NCBI GenBank assembly: GCA_017462485.1
Contig: JAFTRA010000042.1
Span: 119,214-183,213 of the forward strand
Direction of reading: 5' to 3'
Source of the DNA: Clostridia bacterium
Lineage (GTDB): Bacteria > Bacillota > Clostridia > Oscillospirales > CAG-272
Length of the DNA stretch: 64,000 nucleotides
Part shown: positions 46,477 to 54,264 of the stretch, in pieces
Layout of the letters: each line of letters starts with the position of its first letter
Position numbering within the stretch: the first letter of the stretch is position 1
Notes under the pieces: model-generated
Databases searched by the model: none
What the model was told of the DNA's origin: nothing
What the model saw: only the letters and a program-made list of their open reading frames with translations
Made by a program: the position numbers and the translations under genes

Positions 46477-47856
46477 TTATTCGGCTTTGCCGCTTTGTTT
46501 ATCAGCCAAGTTTTTCTTTAAAAGAACCGGAAATCTGAAAACAAAGATAACGGTGCAAAGCGTTGCGGCGACGGCATCCGCAATAGCTTCGGCGGCATAG
46601 ACTCCGCTGACTCCGAGAAATTCAGGCAGCAGAAGCGCAAGAGGTACGAGGAGAACGACCTTACGGAGAAGAGCTATGCAAAGAGATACCTTTGCGTCAC
46701 CGAGAGCAATAAAGGTATTCTGGCAAACACGCTGGAGACCGAATATCGTCATACCCGCAAGGAACAGAGGCATATACGTGCTTACTATCTCGATAAGATA
46801 TGCGTCGCTCGTAAATATAGAGGCTACAAGACCGGGGAATATTATCATAGCAAGCATTCCTATAAGGTTGAATGAAACACCGATAATGAAGGTGTATTTC
46901 AAAGCTTCCTTGACTCTTCCGTGATTACCGTGACCGTAATTGTAGCTGATTATGGGAGAGACTCCCTGCGTGAAGCCCGCAAGAGGAATACTTACTATCT
47001 GCATAGCGCTTTGCATTACCGTAAGAGAGCTCACGTATATATCGCCAAAGCCCGAAAGCGTGCCGTTCAGAACGAATCCCACAAGGCTCTCGGTGCTTGC
47101 CATAACGAACGGCGAGATGCCCAGGGCGAGCGTTCCGCCAACTATAGAAAAATCGGGCTTGAAGTTGCGAAGCTTTAAGCGAAGAGATGCCTTTTTGCTT
47201 ACAAGAAAGGCGAAAACAAAGCACGCCGAAGCAACCTGGGAAATTACAGTTGCCACCGCAGCACCCTTGACGCCCATACCGAACGCATATATAAAAATCG
47301 GGTCAAGCACTGTATTGAGAAGCGCTCCTATAATTACCGAAACCATAGCGACGATAGGTCTTCCCTGCACGCTTATAAAAGCGTTCATTCCCGTCGCAAT
47401 CATAACGAAGAACGTACCGAGAAGATAAATATCGAGGTATTCCTTTGCGTAGGTCAGCGTAACGTCTGACGCGCCTGCAAATTTCAGAAGCGGTGTCATA
47501 AAGGCGTACGACAAGCTCATGCAAAGAGCGGTGAATATTATTATCAAAACAAATCCGTTACCTAAAATATGCTCGGAGCGCTCTCGGTTTCCACGTCCGA
47601 GCGCTATGGCGGCAAGAGGTCCTGCTCCGCCGGCTACGATATTCGCAAACGCCGCAACGAGCATAACCACAGTACCTGCAACGCCTACCCCCGCAAGCGC
47701 ATCCTTACCTATAACGTCTATATGACCTATATAAATTCTGTCAACCACACCGTAAAGCAAATTGACGAGTTGCGCAAAAACAGTGGGCAACGCCATTTTG
47801 AATATCAATGGGAGTATCGGAGACGTGCCGAGAAGTTCATCGGAATTTCTTTTCAT
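46477..47856 (-). CDS. MATE-family efflux transporter
   Basis: 12 TM helices. N-terminus ILPLIFKMALPTVFAQLVNLLYGVVDRIYIGH is typical of MATE/NorM proteins. Confidence 0.9.
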   Translation of the reverse strand: MKRNSDELLGTSPILPLIFKMALPTVFAQLVNLLYGVVDRIYIGHIDVIGKDALAGVGVAGTVVMLVAAFANIVAGGAGPLAAIALGRGNRERSEHILGNGFVLIIIFTALCMSLSYAFMTPLLKFAGASDVTLTYAKEYLDIYLLGTFFVMIATGMNAFISVQGRPIVAMVSVIIGALLNTVLDPIFIYAFGMGVKGAAVATVISQVASACFVFAFLVSKKASLRLKLRNFKPDFSIVGGTLALGISPFVMASTESLVGFVLNGTLSGFGDIYVSSLTVMQSAMQIVSIPLAGFTQGVSPIISYNYGHGNHGRVKEALKYTFIIGVSFNLIGMLAMIIFPGLVASIFTSDAYLIEIVSTYMPLFLAGMTIFGLQRVCQNTFIALGDAKVSLCIALLRKVVLLVPLALLLPEFLGVSGVYAAEAIADAVAATLCTVIFVFRFPVLLKKNLADKQSGKAE

Positions 47857-47983
47857 CTTTATATCTTAAATTTCCTTTATCAGCTTATAGGGTTGCGAAA
47901 TTACGCTCCCGTAACAAGCGTTATTATAGCAAAAAATCTCCGATTTGTCAATCGGAAATTAAAGTAAACCGATAGTGTCCTTA

Positions 47984-48502
47984 TCAGTCACATTCAAGTC
48001 CTGCGAAGAAATCATCGTAGGTGCAATTATATATTTTCTTCAAATTTACAAGAACGCTGATTTTTATGTTAAGCTCACCGCACTCGTACTTTTCATAAGT
48101 GCTTAGGCAAGAGGGAATAATATGAACTCGTTTTAGAAAGGCAAATTTCCAGCAATACATCGGTAAAAATCCTTATAATATCCCTATATTATCTCAAATT
48201 TTAACCTCGTCTTACAGGAAATTTGCTCTTTCTAAAATTTCTCTAAACCCTCGAGCCTTAATTTTAAGATGATTTTGGTGCTTGGCACTCGCAGCCAAGT
48301 ACGACCTTGCAAGAGTGATAAGTGCCGAAAGCACTAAAAATTCAGGCTTGAGGGCGAGTTCGTATTATTCCCTCTTGCCTATATATCACTTCCGCGTCGC
48401 TGGAGCTCAGCACAAAGCTTTTCCTGCGGATAAACCCGCATCTAAACGAAGCTTTTTTAAATTTTGCCCCATATTCCTATCACGTCTTAATTTTTGTTCC
48501 AT
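47984..48502 (-). pseudogene. XRE-family HTH regulator gene, disrupted by a frameshift and a 278-bp insertion
   Basis: The minus strand reads MEQKLRRDRNMGQNLKKLRLDAGLS, then a 1-nt frame slip near 48427, then QEKLCAELQRRGSDI, then the insertion, then STYEKYECGELNIKISVLVNLKKIYNCTYDDFFAGLECD and a stop. Confidence 0.7.
48104..48381. mobile_element. MITE-like non-autonomous element with 27-bp terminal inverted repeats
   Basis: TAGGCAAGAGGGAATAATATGAACTCG (48104-48130) vs the reverse complement of 48355-48381 (TAGGCAAGAGGGAATAATACGAACTCG): 26/27 identical. No ORF. Removing 48104-48381 rejoins the XRE coding halves in frame. Confidence 0.7.
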
Positions 48503-48554
48503 AACTATTCTCCTTAATTTTTAATTGTTGTAACTTGAGGGCATTTTATTAAAG

Positions 48555-48788
48555 GATACCACGGTCAAAAAAGATATTTCGGGGAGTTTTCGTATGGACT
48601 CGAACCCACGCGTCTTAATCACGGCATAGCCGTGGATATCATCAAAACGGAGTTTTGTATATCACCAAGGCGTGAGCCTTGTATATCATCATTGCGAAAG
48701 AGGATACAGCCTACGGCAGATGATATACACCTTCGGTGATGAGATACACGCTAACGCGTGATGATATGCCATTGCTTTCGCAATGGAT
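48555..48788. other. ornate nested hairpin/9-mer element A, with the 19-nt inverted-repeat cap at its outer end
   Basis: GATACCACGGTC+A6+G at 48555-48573. Three (G/T)ATATCA(T/C)C motifs, then three GATGA(T/G)AT motifs, interleaved with six different short hairpins (details in findings). Confidence 0.6.
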
Positions 48789-48823
48789 AAAAAAATTCGA
48801 CAAGTCAAAACTTGTCGATTTTT
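48789..48823. terminator. bidirectional terminator (tRNA-Gln on the minus strand; element A on the plus strand)
   Basis: A7, TCGACAAGT / ACTTGTCGA, T6. Confidence 0.85.
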
Positions 48824-48897
48824 TGGCAGGGGTAGCAAGATTCGAACTTACGATGAGGGAGTCAAAGTCCCTTGCCTTGCCGCTTGGCGATACCCCT
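48824..48897 (-). tRNA. tRNA-Gln (anticodon UUG), CCA encoded
   Basis: The reverse complement AGGGGTATCGCCAAGCGGCAAGGCAAGGGACTTTGACTCCCTCATCGTAAGTTCGAATCTTGCTACCCCTGCCA folds as a cloverleaf with anticodon loop CTTTGAC. Closely resembles E. coli tRNA-Gln. Confidence 0.95.
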
Positions 48898-48918
48898 ATG
48901 TATTTAAGCAACGGGTAG

Positions 48919-48947
48919 ATTATATCATAAAAATTTACTTGTGTCAA
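48919..48947 (-). promoter_or_regulatory. perfect consensus sigma-A promoter of tRNA-Gln
   Basis: On the minus strand: TTGACA, 17 nt, TATAAT, ending about 20 nt upstream of the mature 5' end. Confidence 0.8.
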
Positions 48948-49023
48948 TAGGAGAAATTAAAAGTTTTGAAAGTTCAAATTTTGTTTTTTAGGTGTTGTAC
49001 TTATCTTGGAATTACGAAAGCAG

Positions 49024-49052
49024 TTGAAATATTCGTAGATTTGTGATATAGT
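49024..49052 (+). promoter_or_regulatory. sigma-A type promoter of the 49091-50459 two-gene operon
   Basis: TTGAAA, 17 nt, TATAGT. Confidence 0.6.
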
Positions 49053-49090
49053 GGAGTAAAGAATGTTTAACAGATAGAAGAGGTGAGCAA

Positions 49091-49633
49091 ATGAAATATT
49101 CGTCAACAAATCGGTTTGAAGATTTTGAGTTTCATGATTCTATGCTATCATTGGTGTCATGGGATAACTCGCGTTTGGTCATCGCAGCAAAGCACCTAAA
49201 CGTGCACAAAGACGCAGCGCCAAACAATGCCGGAGCAGATATGGAGATATCCGAAGCCCGCATTACATTCTACGAAGCTCTAGTAAAAGAATTCGAGCCG
49301 GGGCGTGCGTGGAAAAGAGACGAGAGCGGCAATTCATATACCGATGATCCTTTAATTATTCACAACGGAAAAGCTGCGCACGATATGTTTGAAAATGAAT
49401 TACGCAATTCCATTACAGTTATTGGATTTACATCTGACAACGGATTGTATGAGCTTGGTGCGGTTGGCATTGATCCTTATTTTTCTGTTCGTTTTACTTT
49501 TTCCAAATTTGAAGTAGAATGGGATGATTATCGTGAAAAAGCATGGTACGAATTGCATAGACAGTATAAAAAAACGATTACTCTCGCAACTGAAAACGAT
49601 AATATTGAGCTTGACGCTCACATATTGACTTAA
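49091..49633 (+). CDS. hypothetical cytoplasmic protein (180 aa)
   Basis: GAGGTGAG RBS. No signal peptide and no motif I recognise. Followed after a 16-nt gap by the next gene, so probably co-transcribed with it. Confidence 0.6.
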   Translation: MKYSSTNRFEDFEFHDSMLSLVSWDNSRLVIAAKHLNVHKDAAPNNAGADMEISEARITFYEALVKEFEPGRAWKRDESGNSYTDDPLIIHNGKAAHDMFENELRNSITVIGFTSDNGLYELGAVGIDPYFSVRFTFSKFEVEWDDYREKAWYELHRQYKKTITLATENDNIELDAHILT

Positions 49634-49649
49634 GAAAGGCGGTGAGGCA

Positions 49650-50459
49650 ATGTTTGGAGCAATATACGGAGACGTAATCGGCTCGTACTATGAAGTTCAT
49701 TGTACAAAGAATTACAATTTTGAATTCAACAAAGACAGTTATTTCACAGATGACAGTGTTTTAATTGCAGCAGTATGTAAATCAATACTTAATAATCCCA
49801 CTGAAATATCAAAATGGAATCTTCACGCCCGTTCCAAAGAATACGCCTCACACTATCGCCAATATTATTCGTACCATCCTCACGCCGGATTTGGGAATAT
49901 GTTTGCCGCTTGGGCAAAAGATCCGTATGCAAGTAATGGGCACAGTTATGCCAACGGCGCATCTATGCGAGTCATTCCAATCGGATATGCATACGACACA
50001 TTGGAGCAAACACTCCTGCAAGTAAAATCAAGTTGTATTCCTACTCATAATCATCGGGAAGCAATCAAAGGCGCGCAAGCGGTTGCTGCGGCAATTTTTT
50101 TAGCGCGAAACGGAGAGGATAAGGAGCAAATTAAAGCATATTTAGAAAAAACATTTAAATATAAGCTATCAACCCCTCTCACCACAATTAAAGAAAACCA
50201 CGTGTTCGATAGCCGTACATCCTATAGCGTTCCACCTGCGATTATTGCGTTCTTGGAATCGACAGATTATGAAAGTGCAATCAGAAATGCAATTTCCCTC
50301 GGTGGTGATGCAGATACACAAGCGTGCATAGCGGGGGGTATCGCAGAAGCTTATTACAAAGAAATCCCCGAACATATCAAGCGCTTTTGCGATAACAGAA
50401 TTGACAGTTCTATCAAATCCGTCGTGAAAGAATTTAAACAAAAGTATTTCATTAGATAG
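49650..50459 (+). CDS. ADP-ribosylglycohydrolase family protein (ARH/DraG/Tri1-like)
   Basis: IYGDVIGSYYE, FTDDSVL, ANGASMRVIPIG, PTHNHREA, LGGDADTQACIAGGIAEAYY. This is the full set of metal-site motifs of the family. Confidence 0.85.
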   Translation: MFGAIYGDVIGSYYEVHCTKNYNFEFNKDSYFTDDSVLIAAVCKSILNNPTEISKWNLHARSKEYASHYRQYYSYHPHAGFGNMFAAWAKDPYASNGHSYANGASMRVIPIGYAYDTLEQTLLQVKSSCIPTHNHREAIKGAQAVAAAIFLARNGEDKEQIKAYLEKTFKYKLSTPLTTIKENHVFDSRTSYSVPPAIIAFLESTDYESAIRNAISLGGDADTQACIAGGIAEAYYKEIPEHIKRFCDNRIDSSIKSVVKEFKQKYFIR

Positions 50460-50733
50460 ATTTTTGTTTACAAGCATGGCGTTAAAAGTTCTGTAGAACG
50501 CGGATACTTTTAACTCCCATCATCGCCAAGGGAAATGTGCATCATCACGAGAAAATCCGTGCATCTAACTCGGCCACACACTACTGTATCTAAATTTGGC
50601 ACACATCACAACAAAAGCACCCACTGAAAATGGGTGATGTTCTTAGCTGAGAATTTGTATTTTGACAAAAGTGCAAGCATCGCATTTGACTAGTCGAATG
50701 CATTATGGGCTAAGCCCCACCCCTTATAACAAC

Positions 50734-50783
50734 AGAAAGAGATAACAAATCGGTTTGTAGTCGAAATGTTATCTCTTTTTTCT
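50734..50783. terminator. terminator-like hairpin at the inner end of element B
   Basis: AAAGAGATAACA / TGTTATCTCTTT 12-bp stem with a 19-nt loop. TTTTTCT follows on the plus strand and an A-rich run precedes it. Confidence 0.6.
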
Positions 50784-50800
50784 GCTCGTTTTAGTTTAGA

Positions 50801-51036
50801 GTTATGAGGCTCGCAAAGCCCGCATTCGCGGGATTTTATGCTCGCCGTTATGAATTTGCTACACAAATGTTATGATATGATTGCCCATTGAACCTTAAAC
50901 TTGGCGAAGCCAATCATAACAATGCGAAGCATTTCATAACTCATAACTTGCCGGCAATGGCAATCATAACTTAGCGTGATTTGTCCGCTAAGGACAGCAC
51001 GCTAATGGTGGGTGCTCTTTTTTTGACCGTGGTATC
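50801..51036. other. ornate nested hairpin/heptamer element B, with the 19-nt inverted-repeat cap at its outer end
   Basis: Three GTTATGA then four TCATAAC motifs interleaved with seven short hairpins. Ends with T7+GACCGTGGTATC (51018-51036), the reverse complement of 48555-48573. Confidence 0.6.
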
Positions 51037-51090
51037 GGTGACTCGTTTATCGTTCGCAAAGCGAACATAACCGTAAGAGAACCTTTAATT

Positions 51091-52242
51091 TCACTTTATA
51101 AACGCAACCGCAAGAGCTATCCTCAATGCCTGAGGAGCGAGAGAGGATATTATACCGAACTCATTTATGGTATGCACGCTTCCGCCGAGTACTCCGAGCG
51201 CATCTACCGAGGGTATTCCGGCAGAAGATGCGAAAGCCGCATCGGTTCCGCCAAGGCTTTCGCACGGAGTCAACTCTCCGAGTCCCGCCTCGCGCCATAT
51301 ATCGTTCATTTTATTTGCAAGCGTTAGGTTTTTATCCGACCACTCCATAGCAGGTCTTACTCTCGGCAAAACAGCCGTGCAGGTGCAACCGGGCACCTTG
51401 ATATCGTTGCAAAGCTCTTCCACGTATTTTCTGAATTCGTCAAGCTCTGACATCTTTGCAAATCTGACGTTCGCCAGAAATTTGCACTCATCGGGAACGA
51501 TATTATGAACAGTTCCTCCGTTTATTACAGTGCAGGAAACGGTAAGTCCCTCGTTATTCTTGAATTTTTCAAGCTCAATTATTTTATAAGCCGCCTCGGC
51601 AATCGCATTTGAGCCCTGTACGGCGCAAGCAGCAGCGTGAGCCGTTACGCCCTTGAGGGTAAACTCAAAGGTAGCTATTCCTTTTCTTCCTATAACGATT
51701 TTATCCTTCTTGCCATCCTCTAAATTCAAAAATGCAATAGAGCCCTTGGCATCCTCGCAGATATAGTTTATCGTAGCGTCATTACTGTATTTTCCGCCGC
51801 CCTCTTCGTCACTTTGCAGATACATAATTACGGGTCGTGACGTGAAGCCGCATTCACGAAGAGCATCCATAGCCAAGAAGCCGGCAACTATACCGCCCTT
51901 GCAATCGGTAACACCGGGGCCGTATATTTTATCGCCCTCTATTTTTACAGCGGGATAACCGAAGGCTCCTATGCGATGCACCGTATCCATATGTCCCGAT
52001 AACGCAATAGGCTCTGCTGTGGAATCCTTATTCATAGTGATTTTAACAACGTCGCCCGCACGCTCTTGTGGGAATATCTCCACGTGCCAGCCGCGCTCTT
52101 CTGCCATTGATATGAAGTATTTTCCAACAGAGTCAACGCCCATTTTACTGCTCGTCGGACTCTCTATCTCGCAGACCTCTTTCCATATTTCAAGGTATTT
52201 ATCCTTAAGCTCTTCTATTTTTTTGATAAGCTTGTCTTTCAT
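51091..52242 (-). CDS. M20-family metallopeptidase (carboxypeptidase G2 / glutamate carboxypeptidase-like)
   Basis: LSGHMDTV, GPGVTDCKGG and YLQSDEEGGG metal-ligand motifs. Confidence 0.85.
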   Translation of the reverse strand: MKDKLIKKIEELKDKYLEIWKEVCEIESPTSSKMGVDSVGKYFISMAEERGWHVEIFPQERAGDVVKITMNKDSTAEPIALSGHMDTVHRIGAFGYPAVKIEGDKIYGPGVTDCKGGIVAGFLAMDALRECGFTSRPVIMYLQSDEEGGGKYSNDATINYICEDAKGSIAFLNLEDGKKDKIVIGRKGIATFEFTLKGVTAHAAACAVQGSNAIAEAAYKIIELEKFKNNEGLTVSCTVINGGTVHNIVPDECKFLANVRFAKMSELDEFRKYVEELCNDIKVPGCTCTAVLPRVRPAMEWSDKNLTLANKMNDIWREAGLGELTPCESLGGTDAAFASSAGIPSVDALGVLGGSVHTINEFGIISSLAPQALRIALAVAFIK

Positions 52243-52278
52243 AATTCAACGTAACCTTTCTTTAAGTTGGGGTGAAAA

Positions 52279-54264
52279 TCAGTATTCCGCTACTATTGAG
52301 GTATGACAGTTCAGCTCCGCAACGGTGAAGTGAATTTCATCACCCTGCTTCTCGAACTCTATTTTCTCACCGGTTACTCCGTAATACAGGCGCTTGACGT
52401 TTTCCTTAACATTAAGAGAGACCTTCACGTTATATACGGGCATAATGTCCTCTATAATTTCAGCTACTCCGCGCTTTACGGGAACGGCATACGTCATATT
52501 GATGCAGTATCTCTTTTTATCAGGCTGTGAAATCATAGTGCATCTTCCCTGCGAGCCAAGGCCGCTGACCTTAAGCGCTCCGCCAAAATAGACAAGTTTA
52601 AGAGCCTTAAGGAAATACTCTCTGTGATAAAGCGAGCCGTACGTGTTGTATTCGCTTGCGAGAGGGTGGGAGAGATACACCACGTTTTTATATTTTGCGA
52701 TTGCGGGATAACGTTTTGCATTCTTATCGTGAGGCGTGTTCTTGTGGCCGCAGAAATGACCGTTTGTACGACTGAAATAAGGTGTAAGAAGCTCGGCAAA
52801 TACCTCAGCTCCGCATACCTCCGCTCTATGACCCGGCAGATTGCAGAGCATAGGTGCGTTCGGAATATTTTCTTCCTTTTTAAGAGACACTATATAATCG
52901 CAGTCATACTTGGCTGCTCCTACGTATTCAAGCCCCATATCAAGAATGAATTTTCCGTCCTTAACAAGCGAATCAGCCACCGCAACGACTTTTCCGCCCT
53001 GCTCTACGTATGAGCGCAAGGCAGAGGCTGCAGCTTCGTCAAGAAGCGAGCCCTCGGGAATTATTACGGTATCGAAATCGGAGAAATTATTATCCGCTAC
53101 GATTCCGAAATCTATCTGATTTTGCAGGAGTATATTTGATACGCCCGAATTGACGTCTGACTTCATCGAGCAATAAAGACCGAGATTTACAACGGGCTCT
53201 CCGCCATAACAGAAAGGCGATATTTTCTCAAGATAGTCGTATGCGTAGCCTATATTCTCATAGGTTTGCATCTCCATCTCACCGTCCGGGTGCATATGGT
53301 CTCCAATAGACGCTCCCGCTCCGTAAAGCGCCATAGTAGCAACCTCGTATTTAAGAGCTTCTTTAGTCTTGAAGCCTCCGAATTCTCCCCATGCAAGATG
53401 GAATTTACCCGTCATTCCGAGATAAGCCTTGCCGCTGTTCGCAAAGAACTTTGCCCTTACCGGCAGCTTATCGTATCCGCCCCACGCAGTAGGCAAATCC
53501 TCCATCTCAAAATGAGTCTGTAGGGAGTGATATCTCGTCTTATACTGATGCGCTCCTCCGCTATTGAAGAATATGGTCGCATCGGGGTGATATTTTTTCA
53601 AAATGGCAGTGCATTTTTCCATAAATGCGCGGCGCTTGATTATGAAATATTCTCTTGCATCTCTGTCACTTGAGAGACTGAAGCCCATATCGAGCATTCC
53701 CTTTTTACAGCTCTCGCAGTAGCACACGTCATTTACAATGCATATATCAAAGAAAAGACCGTCTATCTTATCGTATCGACGGCAAACCTCTTCGGTAATC
53801 TCATAGATATGCTCGGCATACGCGCCTCCGTCGTTAAGACATAGAGTATGCCAACAGCAGTGATTCCTAGGCTGATCGAGCGCCTTTGAATCATCAAGAC
53901 CTCCGACGGTCATAAACCTTCCGTCTTTTGAAACCGAGCGCCACTCGGGATGCTTCAGGGCATCGGCGTGAGACCAGCCCGCAGTTATGTATATAGGAGC
54001 GCGCACACCGATTTCGTGAGCCGCATCAAGCATTGCTCCCGTAAGGTCGAAATCAAGGTGCGGGTGCATTGTTCCTACCTTTGTCGGATAATAGCATACA
54101 CCGTGATGGCACTTCGCAAAAATTGTAATACTGTCAAGATTTCCAAGCTTAAGGGCTTTTTGGAAATTCTCCTTTGAAAATCTTGAGCCTATACCCTCGA
54201 TATCGGGTGAGGTGTGAAAATCAAGGTGCGTTTGTCTTGTTGGAAATTTGTCGTTTATATTCAT
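52279..54264 (-). CDS. putative glycoside hydrolase (GHL6 / GH42-like TIM barrel plus trimerisation-like domain)
   Basis: N-terminus TRQTHLDFHTSPDIEGIG ... FAKCHHGVCYYPT resembles the hypothetical glycosyl hydrolase 6 family. By-eye call only. Confidence 0.5.
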   Translation of the reverse strand: MNINDKFPTRQTHLDFHTSPDIEGIGSRFSKENFQKALKLGNLDSITIFAKCHHGVCYYPTKVGTMHPHLDFDLTGAMLDAAHEIGVRAPIYITAGWSHADALKHPEWRSVSKDGRFMTVGGLDDSKALDQPRNHCCWHTLCLNDGGAYAEHIYEITEEVCRRYDKIDGLFFDICIVNDVCYCESCKKGMLDMGFSLSSDRDAREYFIIKRRAFMEKCTAILKKYHPDATIFFNSGGAHQYKTRYHSLQTHFEMEDLPTAWGGYDKLPVRAKFFANSGKAYLGMTGKFHLAWGEFGGFKTKEALKYEVATMALYGAGASIGDHMHPDGEMEMQTYENIGYAYDYLEKISPFCYGGEPVVNLGLYCSMKSDVNSGVSNILLQNQIDFGIVADNNFSDFDTVIIPEGSLLDEAAASALRSYVEQGGKVVAVADSLVKDGKFILDMGLEYVGAAKYDCDYIVSLKKEENIPNAPMLCNLPGHRAEVCGAEVFAELLTPYFSRTNGHFCGHKNTPHDKNAKRYPAIAKYKNVVYLSHPLASEYNTYGSLYHREYFLKALKLVYFGGALKVSGLGSQGRCTMISQPDKKRYCINMTYAVPVKRGVAEIIEDIMPVYNVKVSLNVKENVKRLYYGVTGEKIEFEKQGDEIHFTVAELNCHTSIVAEY

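Noticed and set aside
48282-48524. 80-aa plus-strand ORF
   Set aside because: It spans the right end of the MITE and runs antisense to the XRE pseudogene N-terminus. It has no RBS. It is spurious.
48585-48615. tRNA-like T-arm signature (reverse complement CGTGGGTTCGAGTCC) near the left inverted repeat, possibly a tRNA remnant or att site
   Set aside because: The 3' half of the would-be T stem does not pair (CCATA instead of CCCAC). No acceptor stem or 7-nt anticodon loop with U33 can be drawn around it. It may be a decayed fragment, but I cannot support a tRNA or att call.
48711-48947. ORFs 48711-48947 (minus) and 48736-48918 (plus)
   Set aside because: They run across element A, a terminator and the tRNA-Gln gene. 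The translations contain tRNA-encoded nonsense. They are not coding.
50461-50733. Run of CATCATC/CATCAC words and small hairpins between the ARH gene and element B, possibly part of a larger RNA of about 570 nt (the size range of ROOL-type RNAs)
   Set aside because: I cannot derive a consistent fold or a repeat logic comparable to elements A and B. I do not remember the ROOL or GOLLD consensus well enough to assert identity. It is left as something to test with covariance models rather than a call.
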